Assembly: GCA_902552035.1 (NCBI GenBank)
Contig: CACDFC010000001.1
Span: 26,064 to 90,063, forward strand
Length of the DNA stretch: 64,000 nucleotides
Source: an uncultured Pelagibacteraceae bacterium
GTDB lineage: Bacteria; Pseudomonadota; Alphaproteobacteria; Pelagibacterales; Pelagibacteraceae
Direction of reading: 5' to 3'
Under the pieces are notes generated by a model. It ran no database searches and was not told where the DNA came from. It saw only the letters and a list, made by a program, of their open reading frames with translations. This document shows positions 30,731 to 41,044 of the stretch, one piece after another (the stretch's first letter is position 1; the number at the start of each line of letters is the position of its first letter). The position numbers were made by a program, and so were the translations under genes.

Positions 30731-31483
30731 ATGACAAATAATAATATATATTTTGTTGCAAACTGGAAAATGTATGGAAATTCCAGAACTTTAAGAGCTA
30801 TTAAAAATATTAAAAAATTATCAAAAAGTAAAAAATTCTATAAAGCAAAAATAATTTATTGTCCTCCATATACGCTTTTAGAGCAATTTGCTAATAAAGT
30901 TAAAAACACAAATATCATGATTGGTGCACAAAATTGTCATTACAAAATTGACTATGGACCTTCCACAGGATTTATAAGTGCAAAAATGATTAAAGATACA
31001 GGATCTAAATTTGTGATAATCGGTCATTCAGAGTCTAGAAAAGAAGGTGATACCGACAATAAAATAAATTTGAAAATTAAAACTGCATTAAAATCTAATT
31101 TAAAAGTGATTTTTTGTATTGGAGAGAGCCTTAAGGAAAAAAAAAACAATAAAACTACATTGGTTTTAAGAAAACAAATTTTTAATGGATTAAAAAATAT
31201 AAAGGATTTAAAAAATATTTTAATTGCTTATGAACCTATTTGGTCGATTGGTACAGGTGTATTGCCTGAAATAAATAATTTAAAATTACAAGTCCAAAAA
31301 ATTAGAAAAATATTAAAAAATATTTTTAAAAATCAAAATTATAAAATCTTATATGGTGGATCAGTAAGTCCAAATAATATAAATAAGTTATCTAAAATCG
31401 ACATTATAGATGGTTTTTTAATAGGTGGTGCCTCTCAAAATGAAAAAAAATTTATTGATATCATTAAAAAAACTATTAATTAA
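30731..31483 (+). CDS. tpiA: Triosephosphate isomerase
   Basis: ANWKM, IGHSE, AYEPIWSIGTG, LYGGSV and LIGGAS motifs. Confidence 0.97.
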   Translation: MTNNNIYFVANWKMYGNSRTLRAIKNIKKLSKSKKFYKAKIIYCPPYTLLEQFANKVKNTNIMIGAQNCHYKIDYGPSTGFISAKMIKDTGSKFVIIGHSESRKEGDTDNKINLKIKTALKSNLKVIFCIGESLKEKKNNKTTLVLRKQIFNGLKNIKDLKNILIAYEPIWSIGTGVLPEINNLKLQVQKIRKILKNIFKNQNYKILYGGSVSPNNINKLSKIDIIDGFLIGGASQNEKKFIDIIKKTIN

Positions 31484-31488
31484 TCTGT

Positions 31489-31788
31489 ATGGAAAATATA
31501 TTATTAATTTTGAATATAGTTCTTGCTATAATATTAGTCATTTTAATTTTGTTTCAAAAATCTGAAGGTGGTGCTTTAGGTATTGGTGTATCTCAAGATA
31601 ATTTTATGTTTTCACGTTCAGCTGGTAACTTTTTAACCAAAGCTACAGCTGTAGTAGCAACTTTATTTATAATATGTAGTATTGCACTTACTATAATTTC
31701 AAGACAAGATATTATTCCAACCACATCTGTAATAGATAAAGATATCGAAAGCACAGAAGATGTGCCAAAAATACCAGATAATAATTAA
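31489..31788 (+). CDS. secG: Preprotein translocase subunit SecG
   Basis: Two TM segments, QKSEGGALG, NFLTKAT; tpiA-secG-pyrG synteny. Confidence 0.95.
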   Translation: MENILLILNIVLAIILVILILFQKSEGGALGIGVSQDNFMFSRSAGNFLTKATAVVATLFIICSIALTIISRQDIIPTTSVIDKDIESTEDVPKIPDNN

Positions 31789-31828
31789 TTCTTTTATTTT
31801 ATTAAAAATTTGGTTATAACATACTTCC

Positions 31829-33442
31829 ATGGCGCGATATATTTTTGTCACTGGCGGCGTGGTTTCTTCATTAGGAAAAGGACTAACATCAGCATCTTTA
31901 GCATACCTTCTCAAATCTCAAGGTTATAAAGTAAGGGTTAGAAAAATGGATCCATACTTAAATGTTGATCCAGGAACTATGAGTCCGTTTCAACATGGAG
32001 AAGTTTTTGTAACAGATGATGGAGCTGAAACAGATCTTGATTTAGGACACTATGAAAGATTTACGAACATATCGGCAAAAAAATCAGATAACATAACAAC
32101 TGGTAAAATTTATAGTGATATCATTTTAAAAGAAAGAAAAGGAAAATATTTAGGTAAAACAGTTCAAGTTATTCCTCATGTAACCGACAGAATAAAAGAA
32201 TTTATTAGTGGTGATATTGTAAATGAAGATTTTGTTATATGTGAAATTGGTGGAACTGTAGGTGATATAGAAAGTTTACCTTTTATTGAAGCAATAAGAC
32301 AATTTTCAAACGATCATGGAAAAAATAAAACTTTATTTATTCATTTAACACTTGTTCCTTTTTTAAAATCATCAGATGAAATTAAAACCAAACCCACACA
32401 ACATTCTGTCAAAGAATTAAGAGGTCTTGGTATACAACCAGATATTGTGATTTGCAGATCTCAAAAATCAATACCTATCGATCAAAGAAAAAAAATATCT
32501 TTATTTTGCAATGTAGCTATAGAAAATGTAATTGAAACTGTAGATGTAAGAACAATTTATGAAGCACCAATTAGTTTTTATAAAGAAAAATTGGATAAGC
32601 AAGTTTTAAAATATTTTAACATTAAAGCAAAAAAGAGAGTAAATTTATTACCATGGAAAAAAATTACAAAAACAATCTTAAATAAAAGAAAAATTATAAA
32701 TATCGCTATAATTGGAAAATACGTTAATTTAAAAGATGCTTATAAATCATTAGACGAAGCACTCATTCATGGCGGATTGAAAAATAATGTAAAAGTAAAC
32801 CTGATTAGGATTGAGTCTGATAACTTACAAGCAAATCAAGTTAAAAAAATTCTTAGAAATGTTTCAGGAATTCTAATACCTGGAGGTTTTGGAAAAAGAG
32901 GAACTGAGGGGAAAATTTCAGCAATTAATTATGCTAGAAAATATAAAATTCCTTTTTTAGGAATATGTTTTGGCATGCAAATGGCGATAATTGAATTTGC
33001 TAGAAATGTTCTTAAAATTAAAAAAGCTGGTTCTAGTGAACTTGATAGGAAATGTTATCCTGTAATAGGATTGTTAAATGAATGGAATAAAAATGGCAAA
33101 TTAATTAAAGGAACTGATGTAAACTTAGGTGGAACTATGAGGCTAGGGTTGTATGAAGCTAAATTAAGACATAATTCGTTGATACAAAAAATTTACAAAA
33201 CTAAATCAATAAATGAAAGACATAGACATAGGTATGAAGTGAACATAAATTTAAAAGATAAATTTGAATCTAAAGGTATGATTTTCTCAGGTATTTCACC
33301 AGATGGTAAATTGCCAGAAATTATCGAATTAAATAATCATCCCTGGTTTATTGGTGTTCAATTTCATCCAGAATTTAAATCTAGACCTTTATCTCCTCAT
33401 CCTTTATTCTCTTCATTTATCAAGGCTGCAAAAGTATATTAA
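31829..33442 (+). CDS. pyrG: CTP synthase
   Basis: GGVVSSLGKG, DPYLNVDPGTMSP, KTKPTQHSV, GICFG and ERHRHRYEVN motifs. Confidence 0.98.
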   Translation: MARYIFVTGGVVSSLGKGLTSASLAYLLKSQGYKVRVRKMDPYLNVDPGTMSPFQHGEVFVTDDGAETDLDLGHYERFTNISAKKSDNITTGKIYSDIILKERKGKYLGKTVQVIPHVTDRIKEFISGDIVNEDFVICEIGGTVGDIESLPFIEAIRQFSNDHGKNKTLFIHLTLVPFLKSSDEIKTKPTQHSVKELRGLGIQPDIVICRSQKSIPIDQRKKISLFCNVAIENVIETVDVRTIYEAPISFYKEKLDKQVLKYFNIKAKKRVNLLPWKKITKTILNKRKIINIAIIGKYVNLKDAYKSLDEALIHGGLKNNVKVNLIRIESDNLQANQVKKILRNVSGILIPGGFGKRGTEGKISAINYARKYKIPFLGICFGMQMAIIEFARNVLKIKKAGSSELDRKCYPVIGLLNEWNKNGKLIKGTDVNLGGTMRLGLYEAKLRHNSLIQKIYKTKSINERHRHRYEVNINLKDKFESKGMIFSGISPDGKLPEIIELNNHPWFIGVQFHPEFKSRPLSPHPLFSSFIKAAKVY

Positions 33443-34269
33443 TGGAAAGTAAAATTGTAAAATGCAACGGTGTTGAAATATCAAATAATAATAAGATATT
33501 TTTGATATCTGGACCATGTCAATTAGAGTCTGAACAACATGCCTTGGATATGGCTGGTAAAATCAAAGAAATTACAGAAAAACTTCAAATCGGTTTTATT
33601 TATAAAACATCTTTTGACAAAGCAAACAGAACCAGCCTTAAAGGAAAAAGAGGAGCGGGTCTTGAAAAATCTTTACCAGTATTTGATAAAATTAAAAAAG
33701 AACTGAAAGTTTCAGTTCTCACAGATATTCATAATGAGGAACAATGTAAGATAGTTTCAGAACATGTCGATGTAATTCAAATACCAGCATTTCTATGTAG
33801 ACAAACAGATTTACTTATTGCTGCAGCAAAAACAAATAAAATTATCAATGTCAAAAAAGGTCAATTTCTTGCACCATGGGACATGGTTAATGTAACAAAA
33901 AAAATTTCAGAGTCTGGTAATGAAAATATTCTAGTTACCGAGAGAGGTGCGAGCTTCGGTTATAATACATTGGTTTCTGATATGAGATCTCTACCAATTA
34001 TGGCCAAAAACGGGTATCCAGTTATTTTTGATGGAACACATTCTGTTCAGCAACCTGGTGGGTTAGGAGAAAAAAGTGGTGGGCAAAGAGAATTTGTTGA
34101 ATACTTAACAAGAGCTGCTGTTGCTGTTGGTGTTGCTGGAATTTTTTTAGAAACTCATCAAGATCCAGATAATGCACCATCAGATGGACCTAATATGGTT
34201 CCACTTAACAAATTAGAAAATTTATTAAATCGAATAGTTGAGATAGATAATTTAATTAAGAAAAATTAA
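33442..34269 (+). CDS. kdsA: KDO-8-phosphate synthase
   Basis: GPCQLES, SFDKANRTS, QIPAFLCRQTDL and THSVQQPG motifs. Confidence 0.97.
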   Translation: MESKIVKCNGVEISNNNKIFLISGPCQLESEQHALDMAGKIKEITEKLQIGFIYKTSFDKANRTSLKGKRGAGLEKSLPVFDKIKKELKVSVLTDIHNEEQCKIVSEHVDVIQIPAFLCRQTDLLIAAAKTNKIINVKKGQFLAPWDMVNVTKKISESGNENILVTERGASFGYNTLVSDMRSLPIMAKNGYPVIFDGTHSVQQPGGLGEKSGGQREFVEYLTRAAVAVGVAGIFLETHQDPDNAPSDGPNMVPLNKLENLLNRIVEIDNLIKKN

Positions 34270-35528
34270 TGAGCAAAATTACAAAAATTGTCGGCAGACA
34301 AGTTTTTGACAGCAGAGGTAATCCAACAGTTGAGGCTGAAGTTTTCTCAAAAAATATAAGCGCTAAAGCTATTTGTCCATCCGGTGCATCAACTGGATCT
34401 TATGAAGCTTATGAAAAAAGAGATAAAAATAACAAAAAATATATGGGCAAAAGTGTTTTTAATACTATCAATTTAATAAATAGTAAAATATCCAAAAAAA
34501 TCAAAAATCAAAATGTACATAATCAAGAAAAAATTGATCATATATTAATAAAGTTAGATGGCACAAAACAAAAAAAGAATTTAGGTGCTAATGGAATGCT
34601 TGCTATATCAATTGCAGTTAAAAAACTATCTGCAAAAATAAAAAAGAAACCATTATTTAAAACATTTTTAATTAAGAATAACTACAAATTGCCATTCCCA
34701 ATGATGAATATTATTAATGGTGGAGCACATGCTAATAATAAATTAAGAATTCAAGAATTTATGATTAGACCAGATAGTGCATCCTCGTTTTCAGATGCTA
34801 TGAGAATGTGTTTTATAGTAATTAATAATTTAAAAAATTTACTTAAAAAACAAGGACATTCAACAAATGTAGGAGATGAAGGGGGTTTTGCCCCAATGAT
34901 TCAGAATAATGAAGATGCTTTAAAATTAATTATTAAAGCAATCAAAATTTCAGGTTTTAAAAATGGTAAAAATATATCAATTTGTTTAGACGTTGCTGCT
35001 AATGAATTATATAAAAAAAAAAAGTATTCTATTCATTCAAATAAATTTATATCTGCTAACAATACTTTAGCAAAATATTCATCACTTTTAAAAAAGTATA
35101 AAATCAAATCAGTTGAAGATCCATTTCACGAAAATGATTGGACAGCGTGGAGTAAACTAACAAATAAATTAGGTTCTTCCATACAGGTAGTGGGTGATGA
35201 CTTATATGTTACAAATTTAGAAAGATTAAAAATCGGTTTTTTGCAGAACTCATCAAATGCTATACTAATTAAACTTAATCAAATAGGTACAGTCACAGAA
35301 ACATTAGAGGTGATAAAATTCGCTCAACTTATAGGTTATAATACAATAGTGTCACACAGATCTGGTGATAGTGAAGATACGTTCATTTCAGACCTTGCTG
35401 TAGGAACAAATTCAAATCAAATTAAAACCGGATCGCTTGCAAGGTCAGAGAGAGTAGCAAAATATAACCAACTTTTAAGAATTGAGGAAATTCTTGGAAG
35501 AAATTCAAAAATGAATAAAATATCTTAA
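34269..35528 (+). CDS. eno: Enolase
   Basis: DSRGNPTVE, PSGASTG, VGDEGGFAP, SHRSG and RSERVAKYNQLLRIEE motifs. Confidence 0.98.
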   Translation: MSKITKIVGRQVFDSRGNPTVEAEVFSKNISAKAICPSGASTGSYEAYEKRDKNNKKYMGKSVFNTINLINSKISKKIKNQNVHNQEKIDHILIKLDGTKQKKNLGANGMLAISIAVKKLSAKIKKKPLFKTFLIKNNYKLPFPMMNIINGGAHANNKLRIQEFMIRPDSASSFSDAMRMCFIVINNLKNLLKKQGHSTNVGDEGGFAPMIQNNEDALKLIIKAIKISGFKNGKNISICLDVAANELYKKKKYSIHSNKFISANNTLAKYSSLLKKYKIKSVEDPFHENDWTAWSKLTNKLGSSIQVVGDDLYVTNLERLKIGFLQNSSNAILIKLNQIGTVTETLEVIKFAQLIGYNTIVSHRSGDSEDTFISDLAVGTNSNQIKTGSLARSERVAKYNQLLRIEEILGRNSKMNKIS

Positions 35529-35824
35529 TGCTTCAAAAATTAAAAAAAAATTACTTTACTTTAATTATAACATTTTTAATCATTTATTTTTTTTTAAATT
35601 TATTAGATGGCGAAAGAGGTTTAATATCATATTTTAAAAAAAAAAATATTTTATTAGATTTAAATATACAACAGTTTTCTCTTATTAATGAAATTGAAGA
35701 GATTGAGTTAAAAAATTCTCTTTTAACAAATAACTTAGATTTAGATTTTATAGAAACGCTAATAAGAAAAAATTTTTTACTAGGAAAAAAAGGCGAGAAA
35801 ATTTATATAATTAAAGATGAGTAA
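35528..35824 (+). CDS. ftsB: Septum formation initiator FtsB/DivIC family
   Basis: Single TM, GERGL, coiled coil and DLDFIE..R; follows eno. Confidence 0.85.
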   Translation: MLQKLKKNYFTLIITFLIIYFFLNLLDGERGLISYFKKKNILLDLNIQQFSLINEIEEIELKNSLLTNNLDLDFIETLIRKNFLLGKKGEKIYIIKDE

Positions 35825-36758
35825 AGTAAGACATCCAGAAAAGGTTAATAAACCTATAAATCCAATTAAAAAAAAACCAAGTTGGATAAAGTCAAAAATT
35901 TCAAATAGTAAGGAATTTTTTAGAACAAAAACATTAATTAGTAAAAGTAAGCTCGTAACAGTTTGCCAAGAAGCTAATTGCCCAAATATTACAGAATGTT
36001 GGAGTAAAAAACATGCAACATTTATGATTATGGGTGATACATGTACTAGAGCATGTGGATTTTGTGATGTAAAAACTGGAAAACCTGAAAAATTAGATCC
36101 CTTTGAGAGATATAAGATTTCTACTGCAGTAAAACGTTTACAACTAAAACATGTTGTAATTACTTCTGTAGATAGAGATGATTTACCGGACGGTGGGTCT
36201 AACCACTTTTATGAAGTTATTGAGACTACAAAAAAAAATAATCCAAATACATCTATAGAAGTTCTAACTCCAGATTTTCTAAGAAAAGGAGAAGCCTATA
36301 AAAAGGTACTAGACGCTCAACCAGATGTATTTAATCATAATATAGAAACAGTTCCAAGACTTTATAGGGAAGTTCGCCCCGGAGCAAAATATTTTGCCTC
36401 TTTAGAGCTTTTAAAAAAAGCAAAAGAAATTAATAAGAACGTATTTACTAAATCTGGGTTAATGGTCGGTTTAGGTGAAACCAATAATGAGATTTTACAT
36501 GTAATGGATGATTTGATATCTGCAAAAGTAGATTTTTTAACTATTGGTCAATATTTGCAACCATCATCCAAACATTATCCCTTAAATAGATATTATCATC
36601 CTGATGAGTTTAAAGAATTAGAGTCAAAAGCAAAAGAAAAAGGATTTTTACTTGTTTCTTCTTCACCAATGACAAGATCCTCTTATCATGCAGATGAAGA
36701 TTTTGCAGTTCTTCAAAAAAAAAGAATTAACCAAGCTAATGCCCAAAGCATCAGTTAA
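35817..36758 (+). CDS. lipA: Lipoyl synthase
   Basis: [20 protein letters not shown] and RSSYHA motifs. Confidence 0.97.
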   Translation: MSKVRHPEKVNKPINPIKKKPSWIKSKISNSKEFFRTKTLISKSKLVTVCQEANCPNITECWSKKHATFMIMGDTCTRACGFCDVKTGKPEKLDPFERYKISTAVKRLQLKHVVITSVDRDDLPDGGSNHFYEVIETTKKNNPNTSIEVLTPDFLRKGEAYKKVLDAQPDVFNHNIETVPRLYREVRPGAKYFASLELLKKAKEINKNVFTKSGLMVGLGETNNEILHVMDDLISAKVDFLTIGQYLQPSSKHYPLNRYYHPDEFKELESKAKEKGFLLVSSSPMTRSSYHADEDFAVLQKKRINQANAQSIS

Positions 36759-37188
36759 AAGATCAATTGAGTGTAAAAAAGAACAATTAATAGATCTTGT
36801 TCTAGATATAAAAAGCTATCCTGAATTTGTACCATTTTGCTTAGATGCTAAAGTTTATAAAAAAAACATAAAAGGCGATTTTACATTTATCATTGCAGAT
36901 TTAACAATTGGGAAAGGTCCCTTTAAAGACACGTATAAAAGCGATGTTAGATTCAACAATAAAGAGGACTCAATTTATGTAACCAATCTTGATGGACCCT
37001 TAAAACACTTGGAAAATAAATGGCACTTCAAAGAGGAGAATAACATTACCGTAGTTTCTTTTGATGTTGACTTTGAACTAAAAAATATTTTTTTAAATAA
37101 AATTATGACTAAATCTTTCCAATTTGGTTTAAATAAAATTGCTGACTCTTTTCAAAAAAGAGCTGAAGAACTATTTAAGAAGAGTTAA
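36739..37188 (+). CDS. ratA: RatA/PasT/Coq10-type START-domain protein
   Basis: [15 protein letters not shown] and [12 protein letters not shown] motifs; follows lipA; ATG at 36739 preferred. Confidence 0.88.
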   Translation: MPKASVKRSIECKKEQLIDLVLDIKSYPEFVPFCLDAKVYKKNIKGDFTFIIADLTIGKGPFKDTYKSDVRFNNKEDSIYVTNLDGPLKHLENKWHFKEENNITVVSFDVDFELKNIFLNKIMTKSFQFGLNKIADSFQKRAEELFKKS

Positions 37189-37644
37189 AATTAAATTTAG
37201 TGCTCTATTTACAGTAGCTTTTTGGATTAAAATTCTTTTTTTATTTTTAAAAATAAATTTTTTTATTACAATTTTGTTCCCTTTTTTTATACCTATATAA
37301 ACTAAACCAACAGGTTTGGTCTTTGTTCCACCTTTTGGCCCCGCTATACCTGTAATAGAGATAGAAATATTAGTTTTACTTATTTTACTTAGGTTTTTGA
37401 CCATATACAAACAAGTCTCATAGCTTACAGCACCATGTTTTGATATTATTTTTTTTGGAACTTTTAAAATGTTAATTTTTGCTTTATTTGAATAAGTAAC
37501 TAATCCCAGCACAAATACCTTAGATGAGCCGCTAATTGAAGTAATAGAACTTGATAGAAGACCACCAGTACATGACTCAGCAAAGGATATCTTTAATTTT
37601 TTTTTTTTTAATAAATTAACAATTGTTTGTGAAAGTTGTTTCAT
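37171..37644 (-). CDS. cinA: CinA C-terminal domain protein (PncC-like NMN deamidase)
   Basis: AESCTGG, GSS, HGAVS, ITGIAGPKGG and KPVGLV motifs; ATG at 37644 overlaps the pgpA stop. Confidence 0.92.
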   Translation of the reverse strand: MKQLSQTIVNLLKKKKLKISFAESCTGGLLSSSITSISGSSKVFVLGLVTYSNKAKINILKVPKKIISKHGAVSYETCLYMVKNLSKISKTNISISITGIAGPKGGTKTKPVGLVYIGIKKGNKIVIKKFIFKNKKRILIQKATVNRALNLILTLLK

Positions 37645-38135
37645 GAAGTAAATACCATATATAAGACAAGAACACCGACTACATATAGACCAGCGCATAC
37701 ATCATCCATCATAACACCAAAACTATTTTTAAAGTTCTTGTCATAATAATTAACAGGGTAGGGTTTGATGATATCAAAAATTCTAAATAGTATAAATATA
37801 ATGAAATAATAGGTTAAAACTTGATTTGTTTCTTTATCTCCACTGTGCGCAATTTCATATAAGCATATAGGAATTGATTGACCAACAAATTCATCTATAA
37901 CTACTTCTTTAGGGTCTTTATTATCAAGATCTTTTACAAAGATATTTACTGAATAAAGAGCAATTAAAAATATAATTAAAACTCCTATCAAAATAATATC
38001 AGGTGAAAAATTTAGAATATTAAATAAAAAAAATAAAAATATAGTTGTTACTAATGAGGCATAACTACCAGGTATTTTCTTTAATTTACCAATACCAAAT
38101 AATGTAACAAATAAAAAATTAATTTTCTTAATCAT
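37641..38135 (-). CDS. pgpA: Phosphatidylglycerophosphatase A
   Basis: PGS, DPKEVVIDEFVGQ, FRIFDIIKPYP and GVMMDDVCAG motifs. Confidence 0.95.
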   Translation of the reverse strand: MIKKINFLFVTLFGIGKLKKIPGSYASLVTTIFLFFLFNILNFSPDIILIGVLIIFLIALYSVNIFVKDLDNKDPKEVVIDEFVGQSIPICLYEIAHSGDKETNQVLTYYFIIFILFRIFDIIKPYPVNYYDKNFKNSFGVMMDDVCAGLYVVGVLVLYMVFTS

Positions 38136-39234
38136 ATTTAATTACAGAGGTTATCACCTCACATGCGATTGCTTTATCTTTTCCAATTAAACCTAATTTT
38201 TCTGTTGTTTTTCCTTTTATATTAATCATACCTTTTTCTATTTCACATATACCTGCAATTAATTTAATCATCTTATTTTTATATTTTGATATTTTTGGTT
38301 TTTGAGTAATTATATTTATATCAATATTATTTATAAAATAATTTTTTTGTTTAATTTCATTAATTACTTTTTTAAGAAAAATTGTTGACCTTATACCTTT
38401 GAACTTTTTATTTTTGTCTGAAAATTTTTGACCGATATCACCCATTTTGCAAGCACCAAGAATTGCATCCGTTATAGCGTGCAATACAGGATCGCCATCA
38501 GAATGACCTAATGTTCCAAATTTAGATTTTATCTTTAAACCTCCTAAATATAACTTTCTATATGGTACTAATCTATGCACATCAAAACCAATTCCAAAAA
38601 AAATATTATTATTACTCAAATCTTTTTTGAAAGTTATCTTATAATTGTTTTTTTCTCCCGAAATGAATTTCACTTTTAAATCTTGATTAATGAACAAAGA
38701 CGACTCATCTTGTATTTTATTATTATTATTTTGGGCAATTTTATATAAATCTTTATATCTAAAACCTTGTGGCGTTTGTGTTAGTAAGGTATTTTTTTTG
38801 ATTAAATTAAAAGTATTATTTTTTAATTTGTATTTTGCTGAGTCTACAGAATTTATAAATGGAACTACAGCTCGATGCCTCTTTAAACCTTTAATTATTT
38901 TTCTCATTAAATTTATAGAAAAGTTTGGTCTGGCAGCATCATGTATTAGTACATTTTTAACATTATATCTTTTAATATACCTAAGCGCTAAATAAGATGA
39001 GTCCGATCTCTCTCTACCACCTTTAATAATCTTTATATTTTTTGATAAGTTTCTTTTTAAATTTTTTTGGTTATTAACCACTAAAATAATATGTTTAAAA
39101 AGACCTGATTTATTAGCCTTATCAATAGAATGCTCATATAATGGTTTACCTCTATAAATGTTATATTGTTTAGCTTTTTTTGATTTAAACCTTTTGCTTT
39201 GTCCAGCAGCTAGTAATATAAAACAGTTATTCAT
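38128..39234 (-). CDS. ispDF: Bifunctional IspD/IspF
   Basis: IspD: LAAGQSKRF, IHDAARP, QTPQGF; IspF: GIGFDVHRL, GHSDGD, GKTTEKLG. Confidence 0.95.
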   Translation of the reverse strand: MNNCFILLAAGQSKRFKSKKAKQYNIYRGKPLYEHSIDKANKSGLFKHIILVVNNQKNLKRNLSKNIKIIKGGRERSDSSYLALRYIKRYNVKNVLIHDAARPNFSINLMRKIIKGLKRHRAVVPFINSVDSAKYKLKNNTFNLIKKNTLLTQTPQGFRYKDLYKIAQNNNNKIQDESSLFINQDLKVKFISGEKNNYKITFKKDLSNNNIFFGIGFDVHRLVPYRKLYLGGLKIKSKFGTLGHSDGDPVLHAITDAILGACKMGDIGQKFSDKNKKFKGIRSTIFLKKVINEIKQKNYFINNIDINIITQKPKISKYKNKMIKLIAGICEIEKGMINIKGKTTEKLGLIGKDKAIACEVITSVIKYD

Positions 39235-39268
39235 ATCAATATATTTTAGATTATGAACTTATTACATA

Positions 39269-41044
39269 ATGATTGAATTTATCAAAAAAAATATATTTAT
39301 TATTTTTATATTTCTAGTCACATTATTTGTGGGTTTTTTAACATTTTTAACTTTTATTGATAGAGGTTTCATTGATCTAAGTACTGAGAACCTACAATAT
39401 TTGCTTATTGCTAATATATTCTTATTGATATTTTTTTTTATATTTATTTTTTTTGAAATAAAAAAAAATATTAAAACAGATATTGATGTTAAAGGTTCAA
39501 AATCAAATAAAAAATATATTACTTTTTTTGCATTATTTACATTAATTCCTTCAATACTAATATCAATATTTTCATTATTTCTTTTTTCATTCGCTTTAGA
39601 GAAATATTTTGATAAAAAAATTACTACAGCAGTTAATAATTCCTATGAACTTGCTAAAAATTATGTAGATGATGTAAAAAATAAAATAGAAGCAGATATT
39701 TTATTAATTGCATTTGATATTAGTAAAGTAGAAAATATTTATAATGAAAACTCTCTTAATTTTAAAAAATTTTTAATTACCCAAAAAATTGTTAGGGATT
39801 TGGATGAAATCCACCTTATAAATTCTGATCGTAAACTTTATTTGTCAACACTTAAAAACCAAAAAGATTATAACCCACCAGAAGAGCAAGCCATTAAAAT
39901 GGTTCTAAAAGATGATAGACCACTTAAAATCATAAATGCTCTTGAAAATAAATCAGCTGCAATAATTAAATTGCCAAAATATAAAAATATGTATTTATAT
40001 GTAATCAAATACCTGGACAAAGATATATCAGAGTATTTAACTGAGTCACAAGAGGCTTTGAATTTTTACTACACTGTAGAGGATAAACGAACTGGCATAA
40101 AAATTTCATTTGCTTTAATTTATCTAATTATTGTTACGTTAATGCTTTTTTTATCTGTAAGCTTAGCTATAAGATTTTCATCAAGATTTTTTAGATCAAT
40201 AAATAATTTAATTAATGCATCAATAAAAATTGGAAGTGGAAACCTAGATATTAAGGTTCCTGAAGTGAAAACTGATAGAGAATTAGAGCTGCTTAATAAG
40301 ACTTTTAATTTAATGACTGAAAGACTTAAAAATCAACAATATAAATTATTATTAGCCGAAAGACATGAGGCATGGGAAAATGTTGCAAGAAAACTTGCTC
40401 ACGAAATCAAAAATCCATTAACTCCAATCCAACTAGTTATTGATAATTTAAAATCTAAATATATTCAAAATATTAATCCTGATTTAAAATTAAATTATAA
40501 TAAAAATTTAGATACAATTACTAATCAAATTAAACAGATTGAAAATCTCGTGAATGAATTTTCTGACTTTGCAAGAATGCCAAAGCCTTTATTTAAAAAA
40601 AATGATGTTGTTGAAATTCTTAATTCCAATATTCAATTATTAAAAAAATTAAGCAATAAAATTATAATTAATTTTAAAACAAAGGATAAAATATTCCTTT
40701 TATGTGATTATGAACAATTAAGTCGAGTTTTTTTTAATATAATTAAAAATTCAATAGAGAGTATCGAAGAAAAGTTACAAAATACAAGTGATTTTGATAA
40801 AATAATTAATGTAGAAATAAATCAAAGAAGTGACTATATAGATATTCGATTTGTTGATTATGGAATTGGTTTCTCTGATAACAAATATAACGATTTAATT
40901 AAACCATATTTTACAACAAAGAAAAATGGAACAGGATTAGGATTATCTATAGTTATTAAAATAATAAATGATCATGATGGATCTATTAAATTTACAAATC
41001 ATAAAAATGGCGCTGAAGTAAAAATTTCTTTACCAAAAAAATAA
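39269..41044 (+). CDS. ntrY: Sensor histidine kinase NtrY
   Basis: N-terminal TMs, periplasmic domain, HAMP, VARKLAHEIKNPLTP, PYFTTKKNGTGLGL; precedes ntrX-trkA. Confidence 0.92.
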   Translation: MIEFIKKNIFIIFIFLVTLFVGFLTFLTFIDRGFIDLSTENLQYLLIANIFLLIFFFIFIFFEIKKNIKTDIDVKGSKSNKKYITFFALFTLIPSILISIFSLFLFSFALEKYFDKKITTAVNNSYELAKNYVDDVKNKIEADILLIAFDISKVENIYNENSLNFKKFLITQKIVRDLDEIHLINSDRKLYLSTLKNQKDYNPPEEQAIKMVLKDDRPLKIINALENKSAAIIKLPKYKNMYLYVIKYLDKDISEYLTESQEALNFYYTVEDKRTGIKISFALIYLIIVTLMLFLSVSLAIRFSSRFFRSINNLINASIKIGSGNLDIKVPEVKTDRELELLNKTFNLMTERLKNQQYKLLLAERHEAWENVARKLAHEIKNPLTPIQLVIDNLKSKYIQNINPDLKLNYNKNLDTITNQIKQIENLVNEFSDFARMPKPLFKKNDVVEILNSNIQLLKKLSNKIIINFKTKDKIFLLCDYEQLSRVFFNIIKNSIESIEEKLQNTSDFDKIINVEINQRSDYIDIRFVDYGIGFSDNKYNDLIKPYFTTKKNGTGLGLSIVIKIINDHDGSIKFTNHKNGAEVKISLPKK

